From NCBI GenBank assembly GCA_964016885.1, contig OZ024743.1:350548001-350612000 (forward strand): 64,000 nucleotides of DNA. Direction: 5' to 3'. A program made the position numbers and the translations under genes. Under the pieces are notes generated by a model, which saw nothing but the letters and a program-made list of their open reading frames with translations, searched no databases and was not told the origin of the DNA. Positions 26,791 to 40,720 of the stretch are shown here, piece after piece. The stretch's first letter is position 1, and every line of letters begins with the position of its first letter. This DNA is from Eledone cirrhosa. Its lineage: Eukaryota.

Positions 26791-29700
26791 ATCCATCAGT
26801 CAACGCGATCAGTCGCATATTTTGGCGTGGGAGACTATTTATTAAATTTAAAATGAATACTATCTCCGACAGTAATGCCACAACTACAGCCAGGTGAATA
26901 ACTGGTTATTCTTCTAACTATCCCTTCTGAAGAGACCTTTTATTCGAATTCGTAGAGATATCCGACTAAATACATAATTCATTTTACAAGGATTTGCTAC
27001 AAACACCATGGCTGAACACAACATCAACAAAAAAATTAAGGAAGTATCGAAGACAAATAACAAAGAAGGTAATCAAACTTTATTCAGTTATAGCTACAGA
27101 AGAAACCGAAATTATAAATCGCATTTCTCTTGGAGTTGCGAACTTAATAATGATTTATTTAATAAAATGGCAAAAAACAATCCCTCCATTGGCTATATGA
27201 ATAGAATGAAGCTACACTGGGACGAAATGCACCCAGAGCTAAATTATTTCACAGCGAAACAATTACGCCAACAAGCGACGTTTGTTGAACGTAAAAATAA
27301 AATAAATATTTTTAATTGTAAGTCCCCCACAACAAACATGGAATCAACAACACGTGTTAGAGATCGCCATGCTACTAGACCTCCTAACAGCCAGGTCGAA
27401 CAGCGCCTTGAAACAACTATGCCTGTAAGAAACTTGACACCACCTGTACCATCTAAGTCTACCTCGAATTCTGGGGAAAACACTATCGATAATAATAATA
27501 ATCGAAGAAATAATAATAATAATCGAATAAATGTGACACCACGTATACCATCCGAGTCTACCTCGACTGTTGTGGAAAATGCTATCGATAATGATAATCA
27601 AAAGTATAAACAATTGAAAATTTCCCTCAACGAAATCTTCCAGAGAGAAATTAACTCATGTATAAATATCTCTCTGGTTGAACGAGTTAAAATGACAATG
27701 GTGAATAAAAAAACCAAATAATGAAATAATTGTTTCTACTATTGGCACAAGGCCAGAAATTACCCAGTACATTACTGGTACTTTATTTTATCGACCCCGT
27801 AAGGATGAAAGGCAACGTTAACCTCGACGAAATAGGGGATGAATATTTACGACGGATTAAAACCCCAACATTTTGGCAAATCAACGCCTGTTTATATGCC
27901 TTAGCAATGACAGTGAAGCATTATCTTAGTGATAGCAGAGATATTAACAAGAACAAAACACCACCAAAAATACCATCAAATAGAAAAAAAGAGTGCTGAC
28001 CTACGAAAAAAACATAGAACATGTGACAATGCTCCTTACATGCAAACAAACACAAAAAAAACCTCACTCCTCACCAACAAAGAGTGAAAAATAAAATAGA
28101 GACGATGTTTGGTAACAGTAGAACCAGAACTCTCCAATATAAGCTGATCATCCTCAAACAAGAATTGAGAGCGGTTAGCGAAAAACGCCGATACCTGAAG
28201 AAGGTCGATGAGAGAAAAATGCTTAATAAAAGATTCAGACGAAACCAAACATCAGTCTATAGAGATATGAAGGGCAAAATAATAAGTGTCACTGAGGCCC
28301 CATCCCAGAAAGACAGATTCCTTTTGGAGAAAAATATGGGGTGAAAAGAAGAATTTCAACCAAGATGCAGTGTGGCTAAGAGAAATCCTAAAGAACTATT
28401 GCTCCTACACTACAACAAAAACATACGAAATAAGTGAGGGTGCCCTTGAGACAGTGATAGGAAAACTCCAAGATAAGAAAACACCAGGAAGAGACATGAT
28501 TGTCGGCTACTGGTACAAAAAACCAATATTCTATCGGAGGTATCTTACTGACCTCTACCAACAAGTTCTTAAGGGAGATACACTTATACCAGAATGGTTG
28601 ACATTAGCACAAACGTTACTGGTCCCCAAGAACAAAGACAACCACTACCGACCCATTGCATGCCAGAACCTGATGTATAAGATGTATACAGCCGGCCTGA
28701 ACCTATTCCTCCAAGATCACTGTGAAAATAATAACATCATCACAGATGAACAAGCAGCTGGAAAAAAAAGGGTTTGGGGATGTGCTGAACAACTCCTAAT
28801 CAACAAAACTGCGATGTCGGAGGTGCGACACATAGGAGGAATATGACTACAGTATGGCGTGACTACAAGAAAGCTTTCGATTCTGTTCCCCACTCTTGGA
28901 TGATAGAGGCCCTCCAACTTGCTAAAGTCCCAGACATTATTGCCAGAGCCATAGAGAGGATGTCTTCTTCTTGGGCTACTATCCTAAGGTTAAAGACAGA
29001 GAGGGAGGACTCTATTTTCACTGATAAAATAAAATATTGCAGGGGTATATTTCATGGGCACAGTCTCTCTGTGATATTGTTCATCTTGTCATTAAACCCC
29101 TTGTCCTTTCTGCTCAAGAAATGTGAGGGATACATCTTTGGCTCACAGGAGGACAGAAATACGAACCTAACCCATAACTTCTTTGTGGACGATCTGAAAC
29201 TCTATGCCAAGAATATGGATGGGATGAAGAAAAATCTTGACCTGGTTACAACGTTCTCAAAGGATATAGGAATGGAGTTTGGCCAATATAAATGCTCATA
29301 CATGACTGTAAAGCGGGGGAAAACAACAACCCAATCTAGCAACATTGTAATCAATGGTCTAACTGTTTCACCGATATCTGATGAGGACTGCTACAGATAC
29401 CTGGGGATAGATGAGAACATATCCTATAATGGTATCTGTAATAAAGAACGCGTAACCAGGGAATACTACACCCGATTAAGAAAGATCTGGTCATCGGAAC
29501 TATCTGCGCAAAACAAAACAGTGGCTCACAATGTGTTTGCTGTGCCTGTCCTAACACCAACGTTTGGAATACTCAATTGGACGATAGACGAAATCCGAGC
29601 AGTTGATGTTGGAACTCGAAAAATACTGAACAACACCGGAAACTTCCACATCAACAGTGACATAGACCGCCTTTATTTGAAACGTAAGAAGGGAGGCAGA

Positions 29701-31030
29701 GGCCTAACATCAGTCCAGACAACATTTGAATGTCGCATCATATCTCTCCGACAACATCTACGAACCTCGAAGCGTAGGAGCCCGCTTCTCGAGCAAGTCT
29801 ATCTGCATGAAACAAATAAGATCATGAGAGTTGGGAAGGAACTCCTTGAGAGATATTCCCTGTGTGATAATCAAAAACTCACACCCAGGGCTATCGCTCA
29901 GCATTATCGCAGTGAATCCATGGATGAAAAACTGCATGCCTATCAGCAAAAAATCATACATGGATATGTTGCCAGGAAGCTCCAGAGTGAGAGTAATATA
30001 GATAAGGAACGTAGTCTATCTTGGACCAACAACAGCTATATTGGCTCCCACTTTGAAGGATACGCTTTTGCAATCCAAGAACAGGAGATTAACACGAAAT
30101 ACCTGATTCACAAAAGAGATAGGGATGTAGGCAAAACATCTAGATGTGATAACAAGTGCAGACTCTGCAGAATTAACATCGAGGATATCACCCATGTCAT
30201 CAGCAGCTGCCGAAAAGTGTCATCGTAGTAGTATCTACCTATGAGGCATGATGTAATGGCCAAAACACTGTACAATGCAGTTCGTAAAAAAGATAGCCCC
30301 GATAATAAACCCATTAAAAGCTACAACAATGTGGAAGACATCTATGTACATAATATGAAAGAGTACTGGTGGAATGTTCCAGTAAAAACCCCAATAAAAT
30401 GCAGGCATAACAGACCAGATATTATGATATGGGACAGGGAGAAGAAAACATGCACAGTAGTGGAAATTAGCTGCTCGGCAGATGCCAATATAATATCAAG
30501 GATTAGTGAAAAGGAGATATTTATGCAGAACTGATGAGAAATCTGCAGATACTCCACCCTGATTACACCTTCAGATTTATGCCTGTGATTATTGGGGCAC
30601 TGGGATATATTAGTAACTGCCTCAATACAAATCTTGAGAAGCTAGGCTTCACGGGAACAGAAAGAACACAACTAGTTAGGAAACTACAAGTACAATCCAT
30701 TAATGGAACAGTAAAATTATGTAAAACATTCCAAAACTGCATATACACATGTACACATAACTGCATATACACATGCATATACACATGTACAGATACACAT
30801 ATACAGATACAACTGCATATACACATGTACAGATACAAAGCATATACACATGCACACATACAACTCAAAATATACACATCCACACATACAATAACATCCA
30901 TATCTACACATGCATACATACATATCTACCTAGTTTATATGTAAATTCCAATAAGAGAGTCTTGTGTCTATGTTAGAAACCGACTCTCTCTCTATTGGTA
31001 AAACTTTGTGAAATTATAAAATCAGAACAA
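26791..31030 (+). mobile_element. R4/Dong-type RLE retrotransposon, family B2, near full-length but frameshifted
   Basis: N-terminal GYMNRMKLHWDEMHPE..TAKQLRQQ; RT pieces YRPIACQNLMYK, DYKKAFDSVPH, HNFFVDDLKLY; CRLCRINIEDITHVISSC; RHD; NRPDIMIWD..VEISC. Split across ORFs 27008, 28084, 28286, 28843, 30241, 30534; flanked by TACA-type repeats. Confidence 0.9.
27722..27830 (-). mobile_element. Meta-domain SINE fragment inserted in the B2 ORF
   Basis: Reverse complement CGAGGTTAACGTTGCCTTTCATCCTTACGGGGTCGATAAAATAAAGTACCAGTAAT. Confidence 0.8.
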
Positions 31031-31115
31031 CATACATACATACATACATACACACATACATACATACATACATACATACATACATACATACATACATACA
31101 TACATACATACATAC

Positions 31116-31707
31116 ATGGTGGCTGCCAACTCGTTTTCGAGTACGGCCACTACTTTATATCCATGTAGGAGAACGCCTACCGATGCGCTGACGAGTGTGA
31201 CTTTTTAGTCCAGCCAGCGACTTGAAAACTCTGGTACAAACACTACATTTGTGACAATTATTGACACAGTGCTGGGCCCATGTTACCATGTGACGACAAG
31301 TGCACAGAAATCTCCAGATATAAAGCAATGCCTGTGCCGTGAAGCTTTTATAGTGAGTAAAGGCACTGCACAAAGCCAGTCCCACTCCCTTAACCAAAAA
31401 GAAGAACAAGTCAACATCATTGGATACCATCAGGATTGCAGGTGTTATATCAGAGTTTTCCTTCTTTTAGAATTCTGCCTTGACAAAGGTTAAGGGGTCA
31501 TCTCTCCCGGTGATTTTGCATGGCCATTGACTCTTAAGAGCTCCTTTGCCCTTTGACAGGTTTTGTTTTTAGTCCTGCAGGATGTCCAAAGTCACCCTCC
31601 TCACCAAGAAACCTTGGTGGGGTTGCCAGTTTAGTCGCCAACGACCCGACCATGGGACAGGTTGTACTGGAATACATGTTACCAGTAGCACCAAGTGGTG
31701 ACCTGAC
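31116..31707 (-). mobile_element. Family A retroelement, full-length
   Basis: (TACA)n on both sides. Confidence 0.9.
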
Positions 31708-31765
31708 ATAACATACATACATACATACATACATACATACATACATACATACATACATACATACA

Positions 31766-31978
31766 TAGTGGCTGCCAACACGTTTTCGAGTACGAACACT
31801 ATTTATAGTGAGCAAAGGCACTGCACAAAGCCAATCCCACTCTCTTAACCAAGATGATATTTACCAAAAAGAAGAACAAGTCAACATCATTGGATACCAT
31901 CAGGGTTGCAGGTGTTATATCAGAGTTTTCCTTCTCCTAGAATTCTGCCTTGACAAAGGCTAAGGGGTCATCTCTCCC
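31766..31978 (-). mobile_element. Family A, internally deleted and 5'-truncated
   Basis: 3' end joined directly to the middle segment near 31800. Confidence 0.8.
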
Positions 31979-32094
31979 ATACATATATATATACATACAT
32001 ATATACATACATACATACATATATATATACATACATATATATATACATACATATATATATACATACATATACTTATACATACATATATATATAC

Positions 32095-32703
32095 ATGGTG
32101 GCTGCCAACTCGTTTTCGAGTACGGCCACTACTTTATATCCATGTAGGAGAACCCCTACCGATGCGCTGAACGAGTGTGACTTTTTAGTCCAGCCAGCGA
32201 CTTGAAAACTCTGGTACAAACACTACACTTGTGACAATTATTGACACATAGTGCTGGGCCCATGGTACCATGTGACGATAACTGCAGAGAGGTCTCCAGA
32301 TATAAAGCAATGCCTGTGCCGTGAAGCTTTTATAGTGAGCAAAGGCACTGCACAAAGCCAGTCCCACTCTCTTAAACAAGATGATATTTACCAAAAAGAA
32401 GAACAAGTCAACATCATTAGATACCATCAGGGTTGCAGGTGTTATATCAGAGTTTTCCTTCTCCTAGAATTCTGCCTTGACAAAGGCTAAGGGGTCATCT
32501 CTCCCGGTGATTTTGGATGGCCATTGACTCTTAAGAGCTCCTTTGCCCTTTGACAGGTTTTATTTTTAGTCATGCAGGATGTCCAAAGTCACCCTCCTCA
32601 CCAAAAAACCTTGGTAGGGTTGCCAATTTAGTCGCCAACGACCCGACCATGAGACAGGTTGTACTGGGATACATGTTACCAGTAGCACAACTGGTGACCT
32701 GAC
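32095..32703 (-). mobile_element. Family A retroelement, full-length
   Basis: Same termini as other copies. Confidence 0.9.
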
Positions 32704-32707
32704 ATAC

Positions 32708-32752
<45 letters not shown>

Positions 32753-33208
32753 ACAATTATAAATACGAAAGGGTAGTACTACCCAATTACCAGTAAGAAA
32801 AATAGCTCAATGAAAATTATCAGATCTATTACAGAGCAGAAATACAAAGTATATATATATATATAAATTTATTTTTCAGTTTACCTTAACTTACACTCAT
32901 TTAGTTATCTTTCGGTTCCGCTTATTACCGCTCCACTCTCTGCCTCTCTCTTCATATATACATATATATTGGGATTGGTACTTATAGAATTCCAGTAATG
33001 ATTAGGAGCTGATTATACAGAGCGATTGCCGGTCCAGCAAAAATTAGGTATTAGGATTGGTGCTCTGAAATAGCGATGTATACATGAATGTATGTATAGT
33101 ATATTTGGCAATATTCCGTATGTTTAATTAAAAACATTTAGAAGACCATGCGCTATCAGTTTTAAAGTTGTGACTATGACACTTCTTTTCGGCGAAAGAA
33201 GGGAGAGA

Positions 33209-33250
33209 AACTGATAGTCTGTTTCACGCTGGTTGGCGTTCATCAGAGTC
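33209..33250 (-). ncRNA. Minimal type I hammerhead ribozyme
   Basis: GACT CTGATGA ACGC CAACCA GCGT GAAA CAGACTA TC AGTT: intact core, perfect stem II, stem I GACT/AGTT, mutated minimal stem III. Confidence 0.7.
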
Positions 33251-33394
33251 ACATACTCCCCTGCTTTCGGCGAAAATTATAGAAGCTGGGTTCTTATAGA
33301 ATTCCAGTAATAATCAGGAACTGATTATAAAGAGCGATTGCCGGTACAGCAAAAATTAGGTATTAGGATTGGTGCTCTGAAATAGTGCAGTAGT

Positions 33395-34090
33395 TTTCAG
33401 GTTCCAGGTATGGCAGGGAGAGGGACATTAGGATTCTAAAGTTGATCGGCAAAATTCGCAAATTTTTGGATGAGGACCGCCTTGCATCTCTTCAGACGAT
33501 TGCTAAACAATTTGAAGTGTCTGAGGGCATTGTGCTATTCATGGAAATCTGAACATGCGCCAAGTTTGTGCAAAGTTTGTTCCCAGAGTGCTCAGTGAAG
33601 ATCGAAGGCAGTGGTGCGTTGATAACAGCAGGGAGATGGTCGAGTGGATCGCATCGAATCCAAGTGTCCTTGAGTCACTGGTAACCTGAAATGAGAGCTG
33701 GGTCTACTGCTATGATCCAGAGACCAAGAGACAGAGTGCTCAGTGGAAATATTCTGTCTCCCCAAGATCCAAGAATGCCAGGCAAAGCAGTTCCAGTGGG
33801 GAGCTCATGATGATCCCATTCTTCAACAGCTATGGCATCATCTATATCCATTGGGTCCCCCACGGCCAGACACTCAACAAAGAGTACTATGTAGAGGTTT
33901 TGAGGCAGTTCAGAAAAAGATTTCCTTGCAAGAACCAGAACTCTTCAAGACTGGTCAGTGGCACCTGCACCAGGACAATAATCCGTCCTGCCACAAATCC
34001 AACTATTTGGCCGGTATTGAGATCAAGAATGTCCCTCATCCTCCCTATAGTCCAGAATTAGACCCATGCGACTTCTCGATGTTCCCAGAA
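33395..34090 (+). pseudogene. Mariner (Tc1/mariner) transposase relic
   Basis: CAKFVPRVL, WVYCYDPETKRQSAQW, LNKEYYVEVL, WHLHQDN, VPHPPYSPELDPCDF (YSPDL motif); frameshifts and stops. Confidence 0.85.
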
Positions 34091-35931
34091 CTCCTACTCA
34101 AATGATGCCTCCATTGTTTGGTCACTCATTCTACCACTCATGAAGTGAGTTCATCCACGATGAAGTTGCGTCAGAGCGCCTCCTGGGGTAACGTAAATGG
34201 CAAGCTGGACAACTAAAACGAGGATTGATGTGATCAATTTAGATGTTGAGTTGATATCTGGTCTTTGCATATATGGTGTCTGCCGTTGGAATCGTGTCTG
34301 GCTGATAATATTTGCTTCGAAGAACATCTATGATCGCAGTGCATATGGGGTTTTTGTTCGTGATGTTGTGAATGCGTTGCCTGGAGTCAGCACAACACAT
34401 TCTGTGTGAAGACCGACACAAATAAAAGGTATGTCCAAGGTTAACACAGATGTCTAAAGTATAAAAGTATTCAGGGTTGAAGACATTTAATGTTAATGAG
34501 AATGTTCAGAGTAAAAAAGAAATATTTATGATTGACAAAAATGTTGCGTGAGAATGACTTAACATTCTTTATAAATCATAAGGCGGTTCCTTATAGATGA
34601 TTTGATAAACGTTCTTACAGAAATATATATGTATCACTCCAGTTACGCCAATTACAAATAAATACTATATACATTCCTCAACTGCCATGTTGTTAGTTTA
34701 ACTTCTAAGTCGGTATAATTTCTTCAATTTCCAGTTAATGTGTGCACAATACTATAATTATTTGCTATTGAGATAATTTCCAGGTTGTTGACATTTTTGT
34801 TATGGAGAATAATGTCATTATGCCTATTATAAGTTTTATCTGGTTGTTTGCCTTTATGCTAGAGTTCCATAATATTTTCATATTATTATTAAATTCGGCA
34901 AATCGTTAAACAAGATGTCTTGCACTGTTTAAGTTCTAAATTCAAATCTCACTGTAGCGGACATCCTTTTTCATCTTTCCAGGATCAATACATATGTACC
35001 AAAGTAAGAGATTGTCTAGACAAATATATCCCCATTATGTATGTTTGTACGATTATATAAGCGGAATGATATAAGAAGATCTGCGAAAAGAGTTGTTATA
35101 AGACCGATTCTTACCACCCCTAAAGCATCCCTAGCTAGACATAGAACATTGCCACCACTATACACACATATAGCTCTAATAGGACCAACCAAATAGATAG
35201 CTACAACACATGCATACGACATATCACCATAGCCAAATAGATAGCTACAACACATGCATATACGACTTATCACCATAGCCAAATAGATAGCTACAACATA
35301 TGCATATACGAATTATCACCATAGCTTCAAAAGAAGATTTGAACACTCGTGGTAGGGAACTTACTAATATGAGGATTCAGAAAGGCCGACAGGAATACTA
35401 GAAATAGCAGTGCGTTTGATCTAAAAAGAAGCAGCTCAACTAAAATTTACTGTTAGGAGCAGAAGTATATGTATTAAAATATTGATACATACGTAAAGTT
35501 ATTAATCATATTGTCTGGCAAAAGTATAGATTAACCAAAGTGCTACAAATCTATTACAGTCACTATTAGAACCTAAAGCTCTACTAATATAAAATTTAGG
35601 AATTTTAATTAGGAGCAGTAACATAATAATTCAAGGGTAAGAGATTGTCTAGACAAATGTATCCACATTATACGTATTTGCACTATTATATAGGCGCAAT
35701 GATATAAGAAGATCTGAGAGAAGAGTTGTTATAAGATCGATTCTTACCATCCATATACATATCTATATACGTAGATACATTCCCAAAGAAAAATCGGATA
35801 GAAAGCCAAAGAACTTATATAGATGGTAAAATTTCGATTATTTTCAAATCGGATAGCAAGTAAAAAAACTTACTTAAGAATGGTAAACTCATATATGATG
35901 AAAGTGTGTTTAGAAACGATGAAATTTGAAA

Positions 35932-36221
35932 TTTACGAGAAAACTGGAAACATCATCGGATTTTTTACTATAGAAAAATAGTCTAAATAATAGGGCATAT
36001 AAGCGGAAAAAATTAGTATTACCACCTGCGGGACTTGAACCACACGTTCATGCTTGGTAGGCTGAAATCTATTACACATTACACGAAGCTCAGGAAGTGT
36101 GGGTCGAGTCCCGCAGAAGCTAATGTCCATTTTTTCCTTCAGGGGAATATATATTCCCTATTATTTAGATTATTTTTCTATAGAAAAAATATTCGATCAT
36201 GTATCTAACTTTCTCGTAAAT
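35932..36221. mobile_element. tRNA-derived short element with ~65-bp terminal inverted repeats
   Basis: 35932-36000 inverted at 36150-36221; internal CTGCGGGACTTGAACCACAC and inverted GTGGGTCGAGTCCCGCAG (B-box-like). Confidence 0.5.
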
Positions 36222-36259
36222 ATATAAACATACATATATATACCTACGTGCATACATAC

Positions 36260-36779
36260 ATGATGGCCGCAAACTCTGCTAAGAGTATTGCAATCGCTTG
36301 TCAGATTACAGAAAATGGTGCACGTTTAGGCTACGGCCAGCCACACGAACCTGTAACAGATCCTGAACAAGCAATGCCTGTGCTTTGAAAGTTTTTTTAA
36401 AATGGAGAAAGGCCTTGCACTCCACCAATCCCACTCTCTGAGCATTGAAAACACTACCCAAAAAGGAGAACTGGTCAACATCATCGGATGCTTCCGAATC
36501 TGCAGGGTTTTTTTTGTTCAGAGTTTCCCCTCTCTTAGAAAGGTGTTGTGACAACTGGGGGGCTTTTCACTCCCAGGTAAAGAAGAAAAAAAGTACTATT
36601 TTCATGGCCGTTGAGTCTACCGAGTTCCTCTACCCTTTGCCGGGTGTTGTATTTCATCCAGCAGGGTGTCCAAATATCACCCTCCTTACTAAGTAAGGAT
36701 TTTTAGTCGCCGACGACTCGACCATGGCACAGGTTGTACTGGGTTACATTTTACCAGTAGCACGCGAGAGAAACCTGAC
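36260..36779 (-). mobile_element. Diverged relative of family A
   Basis: Colinear similarity along the whole length (GCAATGCCTGTG, GTCAACATCATCGGAT, CAGAGTTTCC, TAGTCGCCGACGACTCGACCATGG, ACCTGACA). Confidence 0.75.
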
Positions 36780-36795
36780 ATAACATACATACATA

Positions 36796-37843
36796 CATGG
36801 TGGCTGCCAACTCGTTTTCGAGTACGGCCACTACTTTATATCCATGTAGGAGAACCCCTACTGATGCGCTGAACGAGTGTGATATATGGTGGCTGCCAAC
36901 TCGTTTTCGAGCACGGCCACTACTTTATATTCATGTTGGAGAACCCCTACTGATGCGCTGAACGAGTGTGACTTTTTAGTCCAGCCAGCGACTTGAACAC
37001 TCTGGTACAAACACTACACTTGTGACAACTATTGACACATGTTGCTGGGCCCATGGTATCATGTGACGACAAGTGCAGAGAGATCTCCAGATATAAAGCA
37101 ATGCCTGTGCCGTGAAGCTTTTATAGTGAGCAAAGGCACTGCACATATATACATACACATATACATACATACACACATACATATACATACATACATATAC
37201 ATATACACACATACATACATATATACATATACATACACATATACATACATACATACATATATATATATACATACACACATATACACACATACATAGATAC
37301 ATATACATACATACATATACTTTTTAGTCCAGCCAGCGACTTGAAAACTCTGGCACAAAGACTACACTTGTGACAATTATTGACACATAGTGTTGGGCCC
37401 ATGGTACCATGTGACGACAAGTGCAGAGAGATCTCCAGATATAAAGCAATGCCTGTGCCGTGAAGCTTTTATAGTGAGCAAAGGCACTGCACAAAGCCAG
37501 TCCCACTCTCTTAACCAAGATGATATTTACCAAAAAGAAGAACAAGTCAACATCATTGGATACCATCAGGGTTGCAGGTGTTATATCAGAGTTTTCCTTC
37601 TCCTAGAATTCTGCCTTGACAAAGGCTAAGGGGTCATCTCTCCCGGTGATTTTGGATGGCCATTGACTCTTAAGAGCTCCTTTGCCCTTTGACAGGTTTT
37701 GTTTTTAGTCCTGCAGGATGTCCAAAGTCACCCTCCTCACCAAGAAACCTTGGTGGGGTTGCCAGTTTAGTCGCCAACGACCCGACCATGAGACAGGTTG
37801 TACTGGGATACATGTTACCAGTAGCACCAACTGGTGACCTGAC
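36796..37843 (-). mobile_element. Nested or partial family A copies (36796-36881, 36886-37144, 37320-37843)
   Basis: Three overlapping segments of the family A sequence separated by TACA/TA tracts. Confidence 0.85.
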
Positions 37844-37973
37844 ATAAATATACATACATACATACATACATACATACATACATACATACATACACACACA
37901 CATACATACATACATACATACATACATACATACATACATACATACATACATACATACATACATACATACATAC

Positions 37974-38445
37974 AAGGAGAATATTTATGCAGAACTGATG
38001 AGAAATCTGCAGATACTCCACCCTGATTACACCTTCAGATTAATGCCTGTGATTATTGGGGCACTGGGGTATGTTAGTAACTGCCTCAATACAAATCTTG
38101 AGAAGCTGGGCTTCACAGGAACAGTAAGGACCCAACTAGTTAGGAAACTACAAGTACAATCCATTAATGGAACAGTAAAAATATGTAAAACATTCCAAAA
38201 ATGTTGCATCTAATAACTGCATATACTCATGTACAGATACAAAGCATATACACATGCAAACATACAACTCAAAACATACACATCCACACATACAATAACA
38301 TCCATATCTACACATGCATTCATGCATACATAATCTACTTAGTTGATGTTGGGCAAATTCCAATGAGAGAGTCTTGTGTCTATGTTAGAAACCGACTTTC
38401 TCTCTATTGGGAAAAAAAATTGGGAAATTATAAAACCAGAAGAAC
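37974..38445 (+). mobile_element. Family B2 3' fragment in (TACA)n
   Basis: Matches 30511-31030 (ENIYAELMRNLQILHPDYTF..., 3' UTR ending AAATTATAAAACCAGAAGAA); perfect (TACA)n on both sides. Confidence 0.88.
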
Positions 38446-38505
38446 ATACATACATACATACATACATACATACATACATACATACATACATACATACATA
38501 CATAC

Positions 38506-39082
38506 ATGGTGGCTGCCAACTTGTTTTCGAGTACGGCCACTACTTTATATCCATGTAGGAGAACTCCTACCGATGCGCTGAACGAGTGTGACCTTTTAGT
38601 CCAGACAGCGACTTGAAAACTCTGGTACAAACACTACACCTGTGACAAATATTGACACATAGTGCTGGGCCCATGATACCATGTGATTACAAGTGCAGAG
38701 AGATCTCCAGATATAAAAAAATGCCTGTGCCGTGAAGCTTTTATAGTGAGCAAAGGCACTGCACAAAGCCAATCCCACTCTCTTAAACAAGATGATATTT
38801 ACCAAAAAGAAGAACAAGTCAACATCATTGGATACCATCAGAGTTGCAGGTGTTATATCAGAGTTTTCCTTCTCCTAGAATTCTGCCTTGACAAAGGCTA
38901 AGGGATCATCTCTCCCGATGATTTTGGATGGCCATTGACTCTTAAGAGCTCCTTTGCCCTTTGACAGGTTTTGTTTTTAGTCCTGCAGGATGTCCAAAGT
39001 CACCCTCCTCACCAAGAAACCATGGTGGGGTTGCCAGTTTAGTCGCCAACGACCCGACCATGAGACAGGTTGTACTGGGATA
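38506..39082 (-). mobile_element. Family A retroelement copy
   Basis: Slightly 5'-truncated; merges into (TACA)n at GGGATACATAC. Confidence 0.9.
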
Positions 39083-39123
39083 CATACATACATACATACA
39101 TACATACATACATACATACATAC

Positions 39124-40008
<885 letters not shown>

Positions 40009-40040
40009 ATACATCCATACATACATATATACATACATAC

Positions 40041-40652
40041 ATGGTGGTGGCTGCCAACTCGTTTTCGAGTACGGCCACTACTTTATATCCATGTAGGAGA
40101 ACCTCTACCGATGCGCTGAACGAGAGTGACTTTTAGTCCAGCCAGCGACTTGAAAACTCTGGTACAAACACTACACTTGTGACAATTATTGACACATAGT
40201 GCTGGGCCCATGGTACCATGTGACGACAAGTGCAGAGAGATCTCCAGATATAAAGCAATGCCTGTGCCGTGAAGCTTTTATAGTGAGCAAAGGCACTGCA
40301 CAAAGCCAGTCCCACTCTCTTAACCAAGATGATATTTACCAAAAAGAAGAACAAGTCAACATCATTGGATACCATCAGGGTTGCAGCTGTTATATCAGAG
40401 TTTTCCTTCTCCTAGAATTCTGCCTTGACAAAGGCTAAGGGGTCATCTCTCCCGGTGATTTTGCATGGCCATTGACTCTTAAGAGCTCCTTTGCCCTTTG
40501 ACAGGTTTTGTTTTTAGTCCTGCAGGATGTCCAAAGTCACCCTCCTCACCAAGAAACCTTGGTGGGGTTGCCAGTTTAGTCGCCAACGACCCGACCATGA
40601 GACAGGTTGTACTGGGATACATGTTACCAGTAGCACCAACTGGTGACCTGAC
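40041..40652 (-). mobile_element. Family A retroelement, full-length
   Basis: Same termini; TACA-type tracts on both sides. Confidence 0.9.
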
Positions 40653-40720
40653 ATACATACATACATACATACATACATACATACATACATACATACATAC
40701 ATACATACATACATACATAC

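Noticed and set aside
30531-30545. CTGATGAGAAA as a hammerhead core (also at 37995)
   Set aside because: No stem II between CTGATGA and GAAA; it is coding sequence (ELMRN) of the R4-type ORF.
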